Of a stretch of 64,000 bases of DNA, positions 59,410 through 64,000 are shown one piece after another; positions within the stretch are counted from its first letter, which is position 1; the number at the start of each line of letters is the position of its first letter. Origin of the DNA: an uncultured archaeon (lineage in GTDB: Archaea > Asgardarchaeota > Thorarchaeia > Thorarchaeales > Thorarchaeaceae); NCBI GenBank assembly GCA_964473825.1, contig CAYYQL010000003.1:42627-106626 (forward strand), in the 5' to 3' direction. The translations under genes were made by a program, and so were the position numbers. The notes below the pieces were generated by a model that worked only from the letters and a program-made list of their open reading frames with translations, was not told where the DNA came from and ran no database searches.

Positions 59410-60195
59410 TTACGCTTCTTTAGCGGCCTCTATGATTTCTTCCAGACCTACTAATGCTCCATCAATGATACTTATTGTTCTTTCCAGTTCATACTTGGCT
59501 GAAGTGTATTCAGTATCCGATATATCCCCTATCTTGAATTTGGCATCAAGACGACTCACGTTTCGTTGGATCTCTTTCCGACGGGACGACATCTCCTTGA
59601 CCCACCCCTTCGACTCGTTAAGCTGCGACTTCAGCAGAGTCTTGAGTTGTTTTACTTCATCCACAAGTTCACGGCGCTGTTCTTCGTATACCACTGAGTC
59701 TAGTGTGTCCACAATCTCATCAAGCTTTGTGAGCTTTCCTTCGAAGAGTCTGAGATCTTGAGTGGTCTTCTCCAGAGGAACCATCCCCTTGACTTCAAGA
59801 AGGGCTCTTCTTCGTTCCTTCATCATCTCAAGAGACTTCCGGAGCTTCTCGGCTCTGGCCGTAAGAAGAGCTCGGTCGGCATGCTCCAGAGAGAGAGCTT
59901 GGCGTGTTGCCCTTGTCTGCTGGATAAGCCTGTCAAGCTCGCGATTGATGACGGCCAACTCCGCGTGGGCAAGCAATATGGCCAGTGTCTTCTTTTCGAC
60001 GCCTTGAATGTTGAAGTTGAACTCAGGTAGTGAATCTGTAAAGGAGGTATCAGAAGACATATCCTCCGCATCTTCAAACTTCCTGGGAAGATGTATTTCG
60101 GTTTCTGAGGGCAAAATCTCTCCGCAGAACTTGCAGTACACCCCGGGTGGCACATCCAAGCCGCATGCTGGGCACACAACAGATTTCTTAGGCAT
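59410..60195 (-). CDS. Zinc-ribbon + long coiled-coil protein (CdvA-like coiled coil)
   Basis: CPACG...YCKFCG, heptads, LDAKFKIGDISDTEY motif. Confidence 0.75.
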   Translation of the reverse strand: MPKKSVVCPACGLDVPPGVYCKFCGEILPSETEIHLPRKFEDAEDMSSDTSFTDSLPEFNFNIQGVEKKTLAILLAHAELAVINRELDRLIQQTRATRQALSLEHADRALLTARAEKLRKSLEMMKERRRALLEVKGMVPLEKTTQDLRLFEGKLTKLDEIVDTLDSVVYEEQRRELVDEVKQLKTLLKSQLNESKGWVKEMSSRRKEIQRNVSRLDAKFKIGDISDTEYTSAKYELERTISIIDGALVGLEEIIEAAKEA

Positions 60196-60265
60196 AGGGA
60201 CTCTCCGCCAATTTTATGAATATGCCAGGCTTAGGATGCCTGCTGCTGTTCGAACCTGGGCATTC

Positions 60266-60583
60266 TCACACTAGAGTCGCCAACTTGGCTGCAATCTGAT
60301 CCAACTTGGCTTTGGAGTTGACGATTGTTTCTGCACCATAGGTTGGCAGTACCTTGAGTTCTTCAATTAAGAGCGCAATTGCAACATTCGGTTCTATTTC
60401 CTTCTTATCAAACGAACCATCTGGGAATGTGATTGACGCTTCAATCCATTTCGTCTTCGTTTCATCGGCAGGAAACAGGCAATATGCATAGTCGTCGTTG
60501 CTGCAGATGAAAGATGGTCTTTTTTCCCATGCTTCTGCTAATAGTGCGCCAAACTTCTTCGCGTTTTCTGCCTTGTTTGCCAT
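60266..60583 (-). CDS. Hypothetical protein
   Basis: ATG with GGTGA SD; protein-like composition. Confidence 0.8.
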   Translation of the reverse strand: MANKAENAKKFGALLAEAWEKRPSFICSNDDYAYCLFPADETKTKWIEASITFPDGSFDKKEIEPNVAIALLIEELKVLPTYGAETIVNSKAKLDQIAAKLATLV

Positions 60584-60666
60584 TAAGGTTCACCATTGTA
60601 GTCTGGATGCAATCTAGCTGACCTCACAGCGACGCCTTATTTGTTTTGCTGGTTGTGCGAGTCCAG

Positions 60667-61233
60667 CTATGGTCTGTGCCAGACAAACGAATAATAGGCG
60701 ATGTCGCCAGATTCCTTGACTGTTGCGATGATGAACTTCTTCCGGACACTGGTCGCCAGTCTTCCTGCTCTGACAATATCGAGAGGAGCAACACCCCTCT
60801 TCTGTGGAATCACATGGACCAGAAATGGTGCATGGTCGATTCCGGGTCCCTTCTCATAAACTGCGAAGTCAGTTCCGAACTTCAGCCCGGGACGTATGAT
60901 GTAGCCCTTTTCTCTGAGCTGAGAGTATACAAGTAGTCTGTCTTTAAATTCGCCATCTTGGTCAAAACCAATCCGAACTAGGTCATTTTCCGACAAGAGC
61001 CGATCCTGAATTGGGTCATGCACACAGATACGGGCCTTTGCGACCAGAAAGGCACATTCAAGCAATGATAGCTCGAGTGGCTTATCGAATTCAGGTGATT
61101 TTGGCTTTCTAATTCCCACTGGCTGTCCGAAGTATCCCTCTGCATAGAGCGCTGAACCATGTTCTGGATTCCAGACTATTGCTCGATCCACCGTAAACTC
61201 GGCCGTGACTTCACTCTTGCACTCAGGTACCAA
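60667..61233 (-). CDS. endA: tRNA-splicing endonuclease (alpha4-size)
   Basis: LSLLE, GLKFGTDFAVY, DHAPF, RLATSVRKK: Tyr/His/Lys triad present. Confidence 0.95.
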   Translation of the reverse strand: MVPECKSEVTAEFTVDRAIVWNPEHGSALYAEGYFGQPVGIRKPKSPEFDKPLELSLLECAFLVAKARICVHDPIQDRLLSENDLVRIGFDQDGEFKDRLLVYSQLREKGYIIRPGLKFGTDFAVYEKGPGIDHAPFLVHVIPQKRGVAPLDIVRAGRLATSVRKKFIIATVKESGDIAYYSFVWHRP

Positions 61234-61251
61234 ATATGTTCACGCATCCGC

Positions 61252-61935
61252 CTATGTATTCAGGGTTAGTGAGAGAGCACGGATAGTATTAGCGGCATCC
61301 TCACTCAGATTAGCCATCTCTTCTATTGTGTTGATGAAGTCACGCGTCCTCAGAATCGTAGCAATTGGGATATCACTTGGATAGAGCTTGCTGACAACGT
61401 CTCTTACAAGAACGTCAATCTTTTTCTCTATCTTGCAGATATCGTCTGTCTTTGCAATGCTGTTCTCAATGTTCATAGACAGAAATCTTACGGCCTCTCT
61501 CTGGTTTGCAACAATGTCGTCAATCAGTTGAGCGAGCTGTTCAATACAGACCTTTAGTTTGCCACTTGGTGTCCATTCCGAGGCGACAGCTGCGAGATGA
61601 TAGCAGGCTATCTCAGCCCCGTCAATAAGCTTGTCATTGTAGTATACGAGGCGAAGCAAGTCCTCTCTCTGCATGAGCGAGTTGGCTGCTGCCAGTTGGT
61701 TCAGAATGGACCGCTTCAACTCATCACCCTTCTCTTCGTAACTGGTGATCTTCTGCAAGTCTTCTTTCTTTGCTGGTTCGCTCTTATCAAGCCATGTAGA
61801 TATCACACTTGAAAGTACCTTGTGTGCGGATAAGGCAACTCGAAAGTGCTCGTCCAGCATCTGAGTTACATTTGCGAGTTCTCCACTCATATAACGACCA
61901 TTATCCAACACCATCTTCGTGACGTCCCTGTACAA
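61252..61935 (-). CDS. DUF47 / PhoU-like phosphate transport regulator
   Basis: EEKGDELKR, REDLL.L....D, EKKID, EDAA. Confidence 0.85.
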   Translation of the reverse strand: MYRDVTKMVLDNGRYMSGELANVTQMLDEHFRVALSAHKVLSSVISTWLDKSEPAKKEDLQKITSYEEKGDELKRSILNQLAAANSLMQREDLLRLVYYNDKLIDGAEIACYHLAAVASEWTPSGKLKVCIEQLAQLIDDIVANQREAVRFLSMNIENSIAKTDDICKIEKKIDVLVRDVVSKLYPSDIPIATILRTRDFINTIEEMANLSEDAANTIRALSLTLNT

Positions 61936-62001
61936 GTTGCTGTCGGTTTAGGACCAGTTTTAAATCTTCTTGACCCCCTCTAACGTCGGGAAATGGTGTA
62001 G

Positions 62002-62796
62002 ATGGAACCTTGGCAGATAGTATTGGCGCTGATTCAGGGTCTTGTTGAATGGCTGCCTATTAGCAGCGAGGGGCAAGTAGTTCTGTTTGCCTACAACTTC
62101 GGCAATGTGCCTCAGGAATCCCTGATATCCCTTGCAGTATGGCTTCATCTTGGTACCGCTCTTGCTGTGGTGGCCCGTTATCCTCGAGATATTCTGCACA
62201 TACTCCTGTTACGAGACCGCAGTCTATTCAGACTGCTGCTCATTGCCACAGTTGGCACAGCCATGACTGCAATCCCCCTTTACTTCGCCTTTAAAGCTGC
62301 AATGACTACATTCCAAGGAGAAGTACTCAACGTCGCAGTTGGAATCTTACTACTGGTGACGGCCTTGGTGCTGTATTTGCCCTCTCGCAGCAGCAATATT
62401 ACATTAGATGAGAGCCATCGCGAACCAACCTCTCGTGAAGCACTGACAACTGGCCTCGTTCAAGGGTTCTCGGTCTTGCCTGGCCTGAGCCGATCAGGGC
62501 TCACAATCTCCGCCCTTCTCCTACAAAAGGTGGACAAGGAAAAGGCTCTTCGCTTCAGCTTTCTGATAAGTGTGCCAGCTGTGCTCGGAATTCTCGGCGT
62601 TGAACTCCTCACAGGAGTGTGGCCACTTGCAGTAGTATCGGCCATCGACCTGTTCCTGATGGAGATTATCGTTTTCGCGGCCGGTCTGTTATCGATGGAG
62701 GTATTGCTGAGAGTGGCCAAATCAATTAGCTTCTGGAAACTGTGCCTGGTCATCGGCACCATTGCAATCGTCTTTGGGCTCCCTGCGTTTTTCTAA
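62002..62796 (+). CDS. uppP: Undecaprenyl-diphosphate phosphatase (BacA family)
   Basis: QGLVEWLPISSEG, HLGT, PGLSRSGLT, FSFLISVP. Confidence 0.92.
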   Translation: MEPWQIVLALIQGLVEWLPISSEGQVVLFAYNFGNVPQESLISLAVWLHLGTALAVVARYPRDILHILLLRDRSLFRLLLIATVGTAMTAIPLYFAFKAAMTTFQGEVLNVAVGILLLVTALVLYLPSRSSNITLDESHREPTSREALTTGLVQGFSVLPGLSRSGLTISALLLQKVDKEKALRFSFLISVPAVLGILGVELLTGVWPLAVVSAIDLFLMEIIVFAAGLLSMEVLLRVAKSISFWKLCLVIGTIAIVFGLPAFF

Positions 62797-62800
62797 GTGT

Positions 62801-63616
62801 TCATGTTGAGCGTTTCTGAAACATGATGGCAATTGGAGAATTGGCCTTTCTCCATTCTGCCAGTTTTCCCTCATAGTCCAAGGGAATGGGGTGCCGTCCG
62901 TGATTTCCGATGATTACGAATAGGGTGTCCTTCCTGGCCTGTCGAAGAAGCACCTTGATCCAGTTATCGGTTCTTCTCACAATCTTCTCCAGCAATGTCT
63001 TGGGTGGTGTTCGATGACCGTACTGGGCGTAGAGGCTCTCAAAATCAAGAAAGTGCATGAGCAAAAGCTCACTCTTGTAGATGTGTTTCGTGGCTTCGAC
63101 ATAGGTGGACATATCGTCTCTAGTATTGACAGTATAGACTGGGTCGAACTGGAAAACTTTCATGTCTTCTTCTCGGCATATCACGCGAGTAAACTTTCCG
63201 TAGTCTTTCACATAATCGATGAGGTGAAACCCCTGACTGCTATGAAGTAAGTGGTTCATTAGCGGCACTGCATACGGATCATCGGTCTCGATAAGCGCCA
63301 GAGCCTCAAGTTCTCTGATCATTGCCTCAGGCTTGTACACTACTGCTTCGAAAAGGCCGAAGTTATCTATCACCACAACTACCATGGAAATCGGACTGAA
63401 TCTTCTTGTTAGATTTTCATTAGGCTGGGGAAGCTCATCTGGAATCTCAATACCCATAAGCCTGAGTATAGTCGAGGTAAACTCCTCTGCATAGGATCTG
63501 ACTTGGGGAAATGACATTGATTCGATGACACCACACGACGGATCATATCTCTCTTGAGTATTATCCGGCAGTATGCTGTAACACCTGTATCTACTAAAAG
63601 ACCTTTCTCGGCTCAT
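62801..63616 (-). CDS. Hypothetical protein with degenerate alkaline-phosphatase-like motifs
   Basis: VVVVIDNFG and IIGNHG resemble the AlkP-superfamily DG and SDHG motifs. Confidence 0.65.
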   Translation of the reverse strand: MSRERSFSRYRCYSILPDNTQERYDPSCGVIESMSFPQVRSYAEEFTSTILRLMGIEIPDELPQPNENLTRRFSPISMVVVVIDNFGLFEAVVYKPEAMIRELEALALIETDDPYAVPLMNHLLHSSQGFHLIDYVKDYGKFTRVICREEDMKVFQFDPVYTVNTRDDMSTYVEATKHIYKSELLLMHFLDFESLYAQYGHRTPPKTLLEKIVRRTDNWIKVLLRQARKDTLFVIIGNHGRHPIPLDYEGKLAEWRKANSPIAIMFQKRST

Positions 63617-63675
63617 CTGTACTGTTGCAGAAGGATTATTACACCACTGGATAGACTTCCTTTGAAGGCAGTGAA

Positions 63676-64000
63676 ATGACTCTCGAGAATATACTCTACA
63701 ATGACCACATCAAGTTTGTCCTTTCGGGAGGAAAGGGAGGCGTCGGAAAGACCAGCTGCGCCGGCGCAATGGCGCTCATATCTGCAAATCGGGGCTTGCG
63801 AACTCTGGTACTATCAACGGATCCTGCTCATAGTCTCAGCGACAGCTTCAATCAAGACCTTACTGGTGGCGAGATGATTCCTATCAAGGGAGTCGATAAC
63901 TTGTGGGGGATGGAACTAGACACTGAGAAGGGCATGAAGGAATTCCAAGAGAACCTCGGCTCATATGGTGCAGGCCCTGAAGTGGAGATGGCAACTCAAT
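63676..64000 (+). CDS. ArsA/GET3 (TRC40) family ATPase, partial
   Basis: Hand translation [29 protein letters not shown]...[10 protein letters not shown]. Confidence 0.93.
   Translation, partial: MTLENILYNDHIKFVLSGGKGGVGKTSCAGAMALISANRGLRTLVLSTDPAHSLSDSFNQDLTGGEMIPIKGVDNLWGMELDTEKGMKEFQENLGSYGAGPEVEMATQ

Noticed and set aside
1-64000. tRNA (including tRNA-Sec/Pyl), rRNA, CRISPR array, transposase or integrase
   Set aside because: No cloverleaf, regular repeat-spacer pattern or recombinase motif was recognised by eye; a covariance-model scan could still find something missed
1-64000. Genome-wide TAG reassignment
   Set aside because: Many conserved genes (hdrA, hdrB, psmA, rrp41, rrp42, hutU, spcS) end at TAG at expected lengths, often right before the next gene

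Overview
Archaeal chromosomal segment, most likely from an Asgard archaeon (Thorarchaeia-like). This is inferred from gene content: selB + SepSecS, multiple long HdrA, an exosome/proteasome superoperon, GET3/ArsA and GGTGA/GAGGTG Shine-Dalgarno sites. 1-25.7 kb is a redox cluster: three hdrC, two hdrB, two double-module hdrA (one fused to mvhD), a group 3b [NiFe] sulfhydrogenase operon and an AOR. It is interrupted by an integrase-less ~5.3 kb accessory island (7.6-12.9 kb) bracketed by two diverged copies of the last 177 nt of hdrA-mvhD. The island is followed by a ~506-bp tandem duplication whose two units each encode an unannotated 20-aa Lys-rich peptide. 27-30.5 kb is a NikR + ZnuABC-type metal uptake locus with two visible operators. 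31.5-41 kb is the proteasome/exosome superoperon plus ECF genes. 41-64 kb holds a photolyase, a small 8-Cys zinc-finger gene with an in-frame amber codon inside its last CxxC (resembling eukaryotic Rab-effector fingers), tldD/pmbA, hutU, nfi, Sec machinery, endA, uppP and the start of a GET3/ArsA ATPase. No rRNA, tRNA, CRISPR array or transposase was recognised.
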